NCBI RefSeq assembly: GCF_009834535.1
Contig: NC_045697.1
Span: forward strand, 58,344,001-58,408,000
Reading direction: 5' to 3'
DNA length: 64,000 nt
From: Camelus ferus
Taxonomy: Eukaryota
The notes under the pieces are model-generated. The model saw only the letters and a list, made by a program, of their open reading frames with translations, made no database searches and was not told the DNA's origin. Positions within the stretch are counted from its first letter, which is position 1; every line of letters begins with the position of its first letter. Of the stretch, positions 53,320 to 64,000 are shown piece after piece. The translations under genes and the position numbers were made by a program.

Positions 53320-53775
53320 AACTGAGTTATTGCCCTGATTCTTCTGTGCTCATTGCATTCACACCTTGCTGTGGCCTCCTCATGGGTGTATTTCACCACT
53401 CCTTGAATTTGGCTTGGTCAAATGACTTCCTTTGACTAAGGGCCTATGGGACCTTGGTAACTAACAGTGTGCGAGTGTCAAGCCTGGACCTTAGAAGGAC
53501 ACACCTGTTTGTGCTTATTATCTTGAAAGTGCTGTGAGAGGAAAGGACATCTCTAGCTACCTCTCTGACACAAGGAAAATGATAGACACTGAAGATGCCC
53601 ACTCTGCCTTCAGTCTTTAATTAGAAACAGGACCTGAGGCACCACTGTCTGCACCACTAGTCAAGTTCAACTGAGATCAGCCAAGTCCCACAGGACAAAC
53701 AGGTGCACAAGAATAAATGAGTGTTATTTTAATCCACTGAATTTCCGGGTGGTTTGGTGCAGATCATTGTTGTGA
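53320..53775 (+). mobile_element. MaLR LTR (MLT1H/I-like)
   Basis: GGGTGTATTTCACCACTCCTTGA...GGCTTGGTCAAATGACTT...AATAAATGAGTGTTATTTTAATCCACTGA. Confidence 0.7.
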
Positions 53776-53883
53776 TTTCTCAGCATCTCCTTTATGCTGG
53801 GAACCTGCAGATCCCTCCTTCAGAAGAGTCCTTCTCTAAAGCAGCATTAGGAAGTGCTAGATTTGAATAAGATCTATCAATCA

Positions 53884-53990
53884 TATGAAAACGAATGTAT
53901 GTATGTATATGCATGACTGGGACATTGTGCTGCACACCAGAAACTGACACATTGTAATTGACCGTACTTCAATTAAAAAATAATAATAAT
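53884..53990 (+). mobile_element. Extremely 5'-truncated camelid L1 3' end (about 100 bp)
   Basis: ATGTATGTATATGCATGACTGGGACATTGTGCTG.ACACCAGAAA.TGACAC is nearly identical to 9001-9075. A/TAA tail; possible short TSD AATCA (53879-83 and 53991-95). Confidence 0.9.
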
Positions 53991-54736
53991 AATCAGAAAT
54001 AGTATTTTTCACCTAAGTTAGTTCAATATTTTGGTTTCTCTGGATGGCAAATGAACATAGTAATATGGGCCATATGTAATAGGATATTTAGTAAGACATT
54101 TTTCTATCAATTTGAAAATTTTGGTTAAATCCCCAAAAGCTGCAGACAGTAGGTGATAAATAACTCCCACACTCAAAAAGAGCTACGAAAACTCCCACAG
54201 AACTTAACAACACGTTTAAATTGGTTTGTTGACTACCAACCACCATCAACCACTTTCAGTCTTTCTTAAAAATGACTGGAAGATTAGTGAGGAAATTGCT
54301 TAAAGGAAATACATAAGAGTACAGAAGTCTGTACCTCACTCTTTCCTTCCTCCATGGAAAGGAAAGAGTGTTTCTGCTGTCCCACCACTGCCAAGTGAAG
54401 AGAGGTTCCCCCTCAAATCATTCACATAAACAAGAGTTTTCTGTAAGAGGGAAGACTAGCATCTCTCTCACTATTTGGACCTTATGCTTATAAAGCTACA
54501 AATCTAATGACATAAATCATGAGAGAATTCTTAAGAAAAACTGATCTGAGTTTTCCAGATTTAGGGGTAACGTGAAAAGAAAAACTGTACACACTGGTCT
54601 TGGGAAATTCAGAGGGGATGGTGCCAGCCTTGGTAACACTTGATGACAAAGTGAAGGGAGGGGACGGCACAGCAAGCAGGTGGCCATATGCCTTGGTTCT
54701 TCTGAGCAGTAAATGAACAGAGTAGCATATGTCATA

Positions 54737-55390
54737 TGTTATGGGCCATTTGATGGGATGTTGAATGAGGCGTTTCCTATCAACTTGAAAAATTTTGCTA
54801 AATTTGGCATTTTGTGGAGCCAGGAGGCATGAGTTCCCTTAGGTCAGGAGGACGCCACTGTGGGTAAGTATCTTGACTGGAGCTGTGGACAGAACCAATG
54901 GGAAGACAAAACTAATAAAAGGGTGAAAAGAGACCAGCCCAAAAGTATTATCTGTGGTGTATGAACCTACATAAACCCACGCGTGCCTGACATGACAGTA
55001 TTCAGAGCCAGTTTACACTGGCATCCAAAGAATGAAAATACTTGCTCTATTTCTCTATTGCCTCTAAACCCTATCTTGGCAGTATCAGAAGGATTGGGAA
55101 GGAGGTGGAGGGAAAGAGAAAGAGAGACGAGGTCTCATCCCTACTGCAGGTAACAGGCTGCAGATGTGGTGTGAGGAAAGGGAGAGGAAAAGCTTTAACA
55201 TTTATATAAGATTAAATAAGACCATTTTGTAGTTTGACATTGACTGTATATAGCCACAGGATCTGCCAGAGGTATTGTCATCAGGTGGCGAAAAAAGAGC
55301 CCTTATCAGAACACAGAAAAGGGTAAAAAATAAAGTTCCTATATTGTATTTTACTAAATTAAACCTGTTTTTTTTTTTTAAATAGCCACA
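54737..55390 (+). mobile_element. Probable ancient LTR (LTR78/79-like), preceded by a related copy from about 54060
   Basis: TGTTATGGGCCAT start, possible CA end, flanks CATA/TATA. The first 65 bp or so resemble 54062-54130. Family assignment is tentative. Confidence 0.45.
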
Positions 55391-55394
55391 TATA

Positions 55395-56380
55395 TGTGGC
55401 AACTGAGTGGTAAAGAATTTGACCTTACCCTAAGAGAATTCTGCCTTTGCCCTCAGCTTCTGCCAGGTAATCTATGTCTTTGTTTAAATGTGGGGGCTCT
55501 GGCCACACTGGACCTTAGGGTGCGGCTGGTCCTGCTAGAAAGACCACCCATGCGGTTTAGAGTAGGGGCTTTGAATCACATAGTATCAGTTGACATGGTA
55601 TTATAGGTTAAATGTTTGTGTCCTTCCAAATTCATATGTTGAAGCCCTAACCCACAATATGATGGCATTTGGGAAGGTAATTTTGGTTATATAAGTTCAT
55701 GAGGGTGGGGTCCTGGTCTGATGAGGCTGGTGCTTTTCTAAGAGACACCAGACAGCTCTCTCTCTGTGAGCCCACAGCAAGGTGGTGGCCATCAACAAAC
55801 CAAGAGAAGAGGCCTTAGAATGAAATCTGTCTTACCAAGACACTGATCTTGGACATCCCCACCTCCAGAATTATAAGAAATAAATTTCTGTTGTGTGAGT
55901 CATCCGGTCTGTGGTATTTTGTTCTGGTAGTCCTAATAGAGTAATCTAATTGTGAATGAGTTAGCCCACGAGGGCAAACAGTCAATCCATTATGCTTATG
56001 TAGAGGAGCCTCAAGTTTACCTGAGCCTGGACACTGAGACTCAGGTAAACTTCCCTGGTTGGCAGGACTTCTGGTGTATTGTCACACATCAACACCAGGA
56101 GAGTAAATCATCAAGAAGACAGTGGAAGATTCACTTCTGGGACCCTCCCAGACTCTGCCTATGCATCTCTTCCCTTGATATTTTCATATGTGGTCTTATC
56201 CTGTTATAATCTGTAATCATGAGTATACTAACTTCCAGTTCTGTGAGTTCTTCTAGCTAATTGCTGAAATTCAGAGGGATTATGGTAACCTCCAAAACTT
56301 GCAGCTGATGTCAGAAATCTTGGGCAGACTTGGCAGTCTAGAGGCCTGTATCTGCAGTCCTCACGATCTGGCTAACTCTG
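55395..56380 (+). mobile_element. MER21-like ERVL LTR interrupted by a MaLR LTR
   Basis: TGTGGC...TAAAGAATTTGACCTTACCC...CTAGAAAGACCA; TGGACACTGAGACTCAGGTAAACTTCCCTGGTTGGCA; CTGTGAGTTCTTCTAG. Confidence 0.8.
55599..55946 (+). mobile_element. MaLR LTR (MLT1A/MST-like) nested in MER21
   Basis: AATGTTTGTGTCCTTCCAAATTCATATGTTGAAGCCCTAACCC...CCTCCAGAA...AGAAATAAATTTCTGTTG. Confidence 0.88.
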
Positions 56381-56729
56381 GTAACATTTCATACATTTGT
56401 GAGAATTAATGTTTTTTCAGTCTAACTGAATTCATATATACTGTCATGTTCACACAATTGATCAAATTAATTAGCATTACTATGCATTATAATGTGTATT
56501 TTTCTGATTTATAAAATACAAAAAGATAAAAATTTAAAAATTAATACATGTCATTTTAGAAGTACTCAGGAGATAAAAAAGAAAATTAAATCATTAGTAA
56601 TTATATCAAGCAGATATATGCAATATGAGTATGTTACTCTTTTAGTGTGTTAATTTATATATTCTGGGTCACATGAGCTAACAGTTAACATATTGTTCTG
56701 CAGAAAGGTTGTAACCACTTTCCAAGCAC

Positions 56730-57115
56730 AGCTGGATTTCTAGGCTCCAAACAATGTCATCCTTCCCCAGTCTCTTTCTTTACCTGCTATGCTCAACTTT
56801 TTTCTGTATATAAAGTTTATTCTCAGGCTCCAGAGTGGCAAGAAGGCTACAGTTACTCCAACTTCATACATTCTTGGGCTCAAGCTCAGTGAGAAAGCCT
56901 CTATACTAGTAGCCGCCAGAAAGAGTCTAAGATCTGAATGGACCCTCTTAGGACACATGTTCAGCCCTGAACTACTGATTGACTCAAGCCTAGATTACAT
57001 GGTTCCCCACTGGGGTTGCAGTGGAGTCCCCAGATGAATTTCAAGGAGTGATGTCAGAAGAGAAGGAAATAACTGCTGGAGAGTTCAAGGAAAAAACATA
57101 TGGTCATCCCACTAT
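56730..57115 (-). mobile_element. MaLR LTR fragment (MLT1J/K-like)
   Basis: AACAATGTCATC...TTCTCAGGCT...GTGGCAAGA...CCCTGAAC pattern. Confidence 0.55.
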
Positions 57116-58469
57116 ACCTGCAGGCTACTGGTATTTCTCTGTAAGCTATTTCCAAATTTTGCCCTAAATATTAAAATTTCCTTTGTGGATTCGTTTCTTT
57201 AAAAATAAAAGGTTATGGTTCTAAACTATTTTTCTGTCATATTTCTTAATCGTATCTTTTCTTTTCCAGTTTTCCACCACATTCAATTTGATTAATTTTT
57301 GTGTAATGTTTCTTAGACAAACTGTCCATCTTTTGTGACTTCTTTCATTTATTTTGTGCTTTTAAAAGTCCTCCCTGTAATGCAATCAAAAAGTTATCCA
57401 AGTATTTATTCTTTTATTGTTTTGTTTTGTATTATTTTTGAAAAGTAATTTTATACTTGTTCATGGTTCTCCACAGAACACACAAAGAACACATTGGCAT
57501 GTCAAAAGAGTACTTAGTAGCTTTCTGAAATTCGACCTACCTAGTTTTCTCTGTTAGAAAATGCAGGCAACTGTGTAAACTGTTTACATCCTTTAATAAA
57601 AAATTAAAGAATTCTGTCACACTCTAGAAACCCAAGAATTGTGCTGCTCCCACAATGTTTGCAAGGACTAGCCATCTGCAGAGCTTTGCAACCTCAGATC
57701 TTACCAACTCCCGTGGTAACAGGAGGTGAATTCCTAATGACCTCGTGGTGTGTGTTGTGGTCGTGTTTGGTATGATTTGACAGTCTAAGGTCATTCTTCA
57801 GAAGGGAGAAGAAATCATCCATTGGACAGAGATTTTCTCTCATCTCCTAGTTATAAAAGCTTTTACTCGGGCTTTTTCTTCTCTGGATTTACTAATAATT
57901 CAGCACCTTACAACATTCTGGAATCACACCAGAAAGCAACTCTGAAAATAGTTGAAGATATAAGCTGAGTAGGAAAATGCTGCCGCATTGTCTCTAACAA
58001 GACCATCGCCTCTGATTCCTCCTAAGTAGCAGAAGTAAACTGTCAAGGCATCCCAGCTGAAAGATTCCCAGGGGCTTCACCAAAATGCTTTCATTCTTAA
58101 ATAACAAGGTTTGCTGACTAATTTGTAGCCATATGTTTACTATCTTTTTCTTGATCTGTGAGGCTTGTGAGAATCAGTTCCATCTAATTCTACGGGAGAG
58201 TGGGAGAAAAAAATCCAACGCAATGGTTAAGCAATAAAGATTATAATAAAAAACTTATATGTGCAACAGCAGCTTAATTGAAGGGCAAAAATCTGTAAGT
58301 CCACTATAAACTCTAACTTGTCACTTCTTTTCATGCAAAAATGAAGGGTCTCCTTAGAAAAACTCTGAAAGGATCCTAAAGTCTGATAGTCAACCTCAGA
58401 ACCAAGAATCTATACATGAGAGGCACCAGGAATTCTTCTCCCTCATTTCATACCAACATTCGCATTCAA

Positions 58470-59200
58470 ACAAGCATCAAATGCTGTGAGATTTACCTCA
58501 TGAATAGTTCTTAAACGTGTCCACTGTATGACAAATCCCAGAATGAAGTGCAACTGTATTCCTATAATAGGCTCCATACTGCCCTGGCCAATCCATCTCC
58601 AATCTTGCCATTTGTCCTTTTACCATGGCAATGAGTCAGAGAATGACCTTTCTGAACACCACTCCTAAAAAATAGCATTCCACTTCAGGAATTCCTCTTT
58701 GTCCTTTACATAAAAATCTAAATTTCTTAAAATGACCCTCAAGGTCCTCAGAGTCTGGCTAATCTCCCCAGTCTTTTCCCTTTCTCCTGTCATACCAATG
58801 ATCTAGCCATTCTGAAATTCACTTGGAACTTTACACATGACACCCTCTTGTTCTTCAAGTCTTCGCCTTAGGCTTTTCTTTCTTCTCTGAAACCTGTGTT
58901 CTCCACGAAGCCATTGGCCCTAGCCTCTCTTGCCCATCATTATTCTAAGGAGAGTTGATCCTTCAAGTCTCATCCTACAGGGTGAACATTTTTTCCAGGA
59001 ACCATCCTCTGACCCTCCAAATCAGGATTAGTTGCCTCCCCTAATGCTCCCAGAGCACTCAAAATGTCTAACAGTCTCTAGCATATTACTCCGGATTACA
59101 ATTACCTGTTTCATGTTTTGGTGTTTTTAATTTCCCATGCTTAATAATATAAGCTTCTTGAGCAGAGATTGTGGCTTTCATGTTCATCAACACAGGCCTG
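58470..59200 (+). mobile_element. L2 LINE fragment
   Basis: ATAAAAATCTAAATTTCTTAAAATGACCCTCAAGGTCCTC...TCCTTCAAGTCTCA...CTCTGACCCTCC...TAAGCTTCTTGAG. Confidence 0.7.
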
Positions 59201-59975
59201 ATGTATACTAAATTTTTAATCATTATTCATGTTCTAGTTTAACAGAAAACTCAGTGTTTGGCACTAAGACAGGCTTCATCTTGACCATCTGTCAATGAGA
59301 CAGCTGAAGATAACGTTCTCCATTTCAGCGTAGGGGAGTCTGCTTGAAGTGCTTTGTGAGAGGAGGCTCTGAAAGACCTACAGATCAATTAATAAAGGAG
59401 TGTAAAATATTCAAGTTGGTAAAATAAAAGAAAACTAGAAACCTAGGGGAGAAGAAGGGCTTAAAAATGGCATCGAATCATCAGAGTGATGAAGAGAGAA
59501 AAGGGTTGTCTCACCCATGGTTGAGGATTCCCAGTGAGCTGGCAGGGACAGAGCCAGGAAGCATCAGCAGCAGTGCCAAAATGTCAGTGATACAGGAAAA
59601 TGCAAAGGTAGACATCTCTGCAGATCAAGAGTGAGAATCAGGAAATACATGGAAGAGAAGATTTAAAAGTGCCATAGAATATAGAGGTGCCACCTGATGA
59701 TCATGTGAGGGGAAGGGATCTGGAATGTGCTGGGTTTCCAGTGAGTTCACTAGGTGATGCTCGGAGACGATGATTTTTAACTTTATTGTCTTTGTCACCC
59801 ACATTCTTTGAATAGCACATCACACAATAGTGTGGCTTTGAGGCATGCAAATGATGTGTATGACTATAGTTCGGCTGTATTTCATAATAATATAATAATA
59901 TAATTCATAAGCATTTATTGAGTATTTGCTTGGAACCAGGCGAGATGTAAAGTACTTTGTATACATCATCCCACT

Positions 59976-60357
59976 TGTGGTAGGCTGAATAACGGCTCCT
60001 AAATTTCTCTGAGTCTAGGATCTATGAATGTTTTCTAATCTGACAAAAGGGACTTTATGGCTGTGATTAATTTAAATATCTTGAGATGGAAAGTTGAGTC
60101 TGGATTATCTGTGTGGCCTCAAATATAACTACAAGGAATCCAAGGGGCCACTAGAGGCTGAGAAAAGCAAAACAAACAAACAAACAAACAAACCCAGATT
60201 CCCCCCTCAAAGCCTCCAGAGGAATCTGCCAACAGCTTGACTTTAACCAAATGAAACTTATTTAGGACTTCTGAATCTAGAACTGGAAGGAATATGTTTG
60301 TGTTATCTTATGCCACTAAGTTGGGGCAATTTGGTACAGCAGCAGCTGGAAACTACA
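59976..60357 (+). mobile_element. MaLR LTR (MLT1D-like, internally deleted) with 5-bp TSD, inserted in a MIR
   Basis: TGTGGTAGGCTGAATAACGGC...AACTACA; perfect TSD CCACT at 59971-59975 and 60358-60362. MIR sequence on both flanks. Confidence 0.92.
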
Positions 60358-61484
60358 CCACTTAGTTCTCACAAGCACTCAATGTACCAACTATTATTAG
60401 AAGTACAGGCTAGTTAAGCAAGTGGACAGAAGCAGGATCCAATCTGGGAAGTCTGACTCCAAGTCCCTTTGTCCTTACCTGCTACACTGTATTCCAAGGC
60501 AGGAAAACTGATTGACTTGCCCAGTAGACATATCTAAGGTCAATCCAACCACATTTGGGTTTTTGATTAACCAATGTCAAAAATCCTAAACTAGAAATGC
60601 ACATTTTGGAGAACTTTGGAAATTTTTTCAGCTATTTTTAAGCTTCAGTTTCCTGATTGTTTCCCATAATGAAATAATTACTCCTTCTATTATATTAAAG
60701 ATTTTGGAAAACTCTCATTTGACATATTAATTCATAAGTTATTGTACTCACATTATTATTGTATTCACACAAATAATATGCTCAATTGTAATTAATGCAT
60801 GATTCCATTCCAGAGGGAGAAAAGGTATAAAGAAAATTCATAATGTGCATAGTTGACTATTAAAGATTTGAACTTACAAGTTAGCAGACATGAATTTCAG
60901 CCACAAATTTGCTCCTTAGTGTATAACTTTAAACAAGCTATTTAACCTTTCTTGATTCCATTATCTATAAAATGTGGAGTTTGCCCTAACAGCCACCTTC
61001 CTCCTCTAAGGTTCCATGAGTCTGTGATTCAATTTGTTCCTCAAGCTTGTTGGTGACACTGAATTTTTCCTTAAAAAAAGTTACATTTTGCTGGTCCTGA
61101 ACACACTGCTCCAAGTTTGATTCTATACAGAAATCCATTGCTTCTGCCTATTAACAACTGCTTTGGCTTACAGGGAACTCTTTGATTTTGTAGGAAGAGG
61201 AGACATTTTAAGTGCCATTATCTGCTGGCACAAAACTGGGGGAGCATTTACTGAGCATTTAGTATCTGTCAGATACTTTTGCATATTAGCTCTTTAATTC
61301 TCACAATAACCCTTCAAAATAAGTGTATCATACTAATTTAATAGGTGAAGAATTTGTCAGAGACTCTAAATAATATGGATTTTTAAGTAGCAAAATATCC
61401 TTGATCCCAAATTCTTGCCTTTTCCACAATTCCATACTGTATCATATAAAAGTAGTAATAGATTCTATATGTTGAGTGCCATGG

Positions 61485-61910
61485 GAGATTTTACTTTCTA
61501 AAACTGGTCACACAATATGTGTACCCCATCCCACGTGTTCTTACAAGGTGACTGAAAATTTTCTCATGTAGAGGTAGGGTGTCATGGTGTCTGGGCAGGG
61601 GCTTGTAGCTGCTCTAACCAACAGAGTATTTATTGACTTCTGAGGTCAAATGCCATATTGGATGCAGCTTCCCTTGGCAACCTCTCAGGACACTCACCCT
61701 TGAAACCTAGCACCATTCTGTGACAAAGCCTAAACTAGTCCTTATATGGAGGCTCATGTGAAGAGGTACCTGCCAGGGCCAAGGACACTGCAGAGATTAA
61801 AAATCATCCCCACAGTGCCCTGTCAGAATTCTGGACCCAGAGAACCCATGGACAGTTTTATACCAGTAAGTTTTGCAGTGATTGGTCAGGAAGCCCTAGA
61901 AACTAGAATA
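61485..61910 (+). mobile_element. MaLR LTR (MLT1F/G-like)
   Basis: GACTTCTGAGG...GCAGCTTCC...CTCACCCTTGAAACC...AATTCTGGACCCAGAGAA...CCAGTAAGTTTTG. Confidence 0.65.
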
Positions 61911-62760
61911 AGTGTATGTCATGTACACAACACCTCAAAAATGTCCCATTTTACCAAAGTGAAAACAGGCTTAAATAGATTACATGACTCACTCTGATCA
62001 CACAGTTAGTATATAAATACATTGGGATTAAAACTCAGGCTGCCATTTTGGGGGTTTGTCTGTTTTGTTTTTCCAAAACCTATGCCCCATTCACTTTACC
62101 ACATTATCTCCTAAAGTATCCCAATTCGGAAGTTGTTGAACTTTATGGATATTCACTAGCCTACAGAATAAACCACATTTTTAATATGACATTAAATTTA
62201 TGATATTTGATCAGTCCAAGGCCATTCTCTATATGTAATCTGTTTTGTCAACAAATAAACAAAAGCTTTCAGGGGACTACATTATTTTTAGGTCATTTAT
62301 ATCTTGTACCCATATATCAGTTTCATTAATGTATATTTTTATTTTGTCATTTTACTTTGGAATATATGGGTTTTTTTTTTTTAAATTTTGAGGGTTTTAG
62401 CTTCCACAAGCAATTAATACATTAATGAATAACACAATAACATGATACCCAAGCACACTGAATAATCTGACTACATCAGAACTGGTTTCATATAGGCTCT
62501 TGGAAGCAGATGTGGTTGACAGCCTCCCCCAAAATATTCCATCTTTATCCTTGTTCTCAGAAATCTAATTTTGTTTGATATTTACCATGCCTTTTCCAGG
62601 CTGGTGCTAAACTATTTTTAAAAGTAAGTAAAATAAATTTCACTAATCTAAAGTTTTCTGTCTTGCAGGAAAAACATCTTTAAAAGAAATTACAAGATAA
62701 TTGGGAGGAGGAAGCTCTACAGTAATATCAATAGCTCTTTCTTTTAAAAATTAAGTCTTT

Positions 62761-64000
62761 AAAAAATGGGAAGATATCACATGTTCTTGGATTGGAAAAA
62801 TCAATATTGTTAAAATGGTCACACTGCCCAAGGCAATCTACAGATTTAATGCAATCCCTATCAAATTACCCAGGACATATTTCACAGAACTAGAATAAAT
62901 CATAATAAAATTTATATGGAACCATCAAAGACCTAGAATTGCCAAGGCATTACTGAAGAAAAAGAAAGAGGCTGGAGGAATAACTCTCCCGGACTTCAGA
63001 CAATTCTATAGAGCTACAGTAATAAAGACAGCATGGTACAGGTACAAAAACAGACATATAGACCAATGAAACAGAATAGAGAGCCCAGAAATGAACCTGC
63101 AAACTTTTGATCAACTAATCTTTGACAAAGGAGGCAAGAATATACAATGGAATAAAGACAGTCTCTTCAGCAAATGGTGTTGGGAAAACTGGACAGCAGC
63201 ATGTAAAGCAATGAAGCTAGAACACTCCCTTACACCATACACAAAAATAAACTCAAAATGGATCAAAGACTTAAACATAAGACAAGATACAATAAACCTC
63301 CTTGAAGAAAATATAGGCAAAACATTATCTGACATACATCTCAAAAATGTTCTCCTAGAACAGTCTACTCAAGCAATAGAAATAAAAGCAAGAATAAACA
63401 AACGGGACCTAATGAAACTTACAAGCTTCTGCACAGCAAAGAAAACCATAAGTAAAACAAAAAGACAACCTATGGAATGGGAGAAAATTTTTGCAAATGA
63501 ATCCGACAAAGGCTTGATCTCCAGAATATATAAGCAGCTCATATGACTTAATAAGAAACAACCAAACACCCAATCCAAAAATGGGCAGAAGACCTAAACA
63601 AGCAATTCTCCAAGGAAGACATACAAATGATCAATAGGCACATGAAAAAATGCTCAATATCACTAATTATCAGAGAAATACAAATCAAAACTACAATGAG
63701 GTATATCACCCTACACCAGTTAGAATGGCCATCATTCAAAAGTCCACAAATGACAAATGCTGGAGAGGCTGTGGAGAAAAGGGAACCCTCCTACACTGCT
63801 GTGGGGAACGCAGTTTGGTGCAGCCACTGCAGAAAACAGTATGGAGATTCCTCAAAAGACTAGGAATAGACTTACTATATGACCCAGAAATCCCGCTCCT
63901 GGGCATATATCCAGAAGGAACCCTACTTCAGAATGACACTTGCACCCCTATGTTCATAGAAGCACTATTTACAATAGTCAAGACATGGAGACAGCCTAAA
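62761..64000 (+). mobile_element. Young 5'-truncated L1, ORF2 C-terminal third, running off the window end
   Basis: [36 protein letters not shown]...; ORF 63091-63546 ([27 protein letters not shown]). Premature stops at about 62897, 63067 and 63544. Confidence 0.97.

Noticed and set aside
63091..63546. 151-aa ORF, the longest in the window, as a host gene
   Set aside because: It is L1 ORF2 between two premature stops in a truncated copy.

Overview
AT-rich, CpG-poor mammalian non-coding DNA. It is almost certainly camelid (camel, alpaca or llama), judged from a Vic-1-type tRNA-derived SINE at 6518-6646 and L1 3' UTRs of the camelid type. I can support no protein-coding gene, RNA gene or CpG-island promoter. 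Every recognisable ORF in the track is transposon-derived (L1 ORF2, pogo/Tigger transposase) or looks like chance. The window is a dense transposable-element fossil record: 5'-truncated L1s (one with a perfect 15-bp TSD), about 20 LTR elements (several with TG...CA ends and 4-5 bp TSDs, two nested, two only 7 bp apart), a decayed ERVL pol, Tigger-family DNA transposons, L2/MIR fragments and microsatellites. The most notable signals are (i) a strong + strand bias of LTRs and L1s, hinting at a long minus-strand transcription unit, (ii) a possible decayed Ty3/Gypsy gag-like frame at about 37.6-38.06 kb, and (iii) an LTR pile-up at 44.6-56.4 kb that includes an apparently chimeric 1-kb LTR with a CpG-retaining core. 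I found no convincing previously undescribed biological system. Repeat family names are from memory of consensus sequences and need RepeatMasker/Dfam confirmation.
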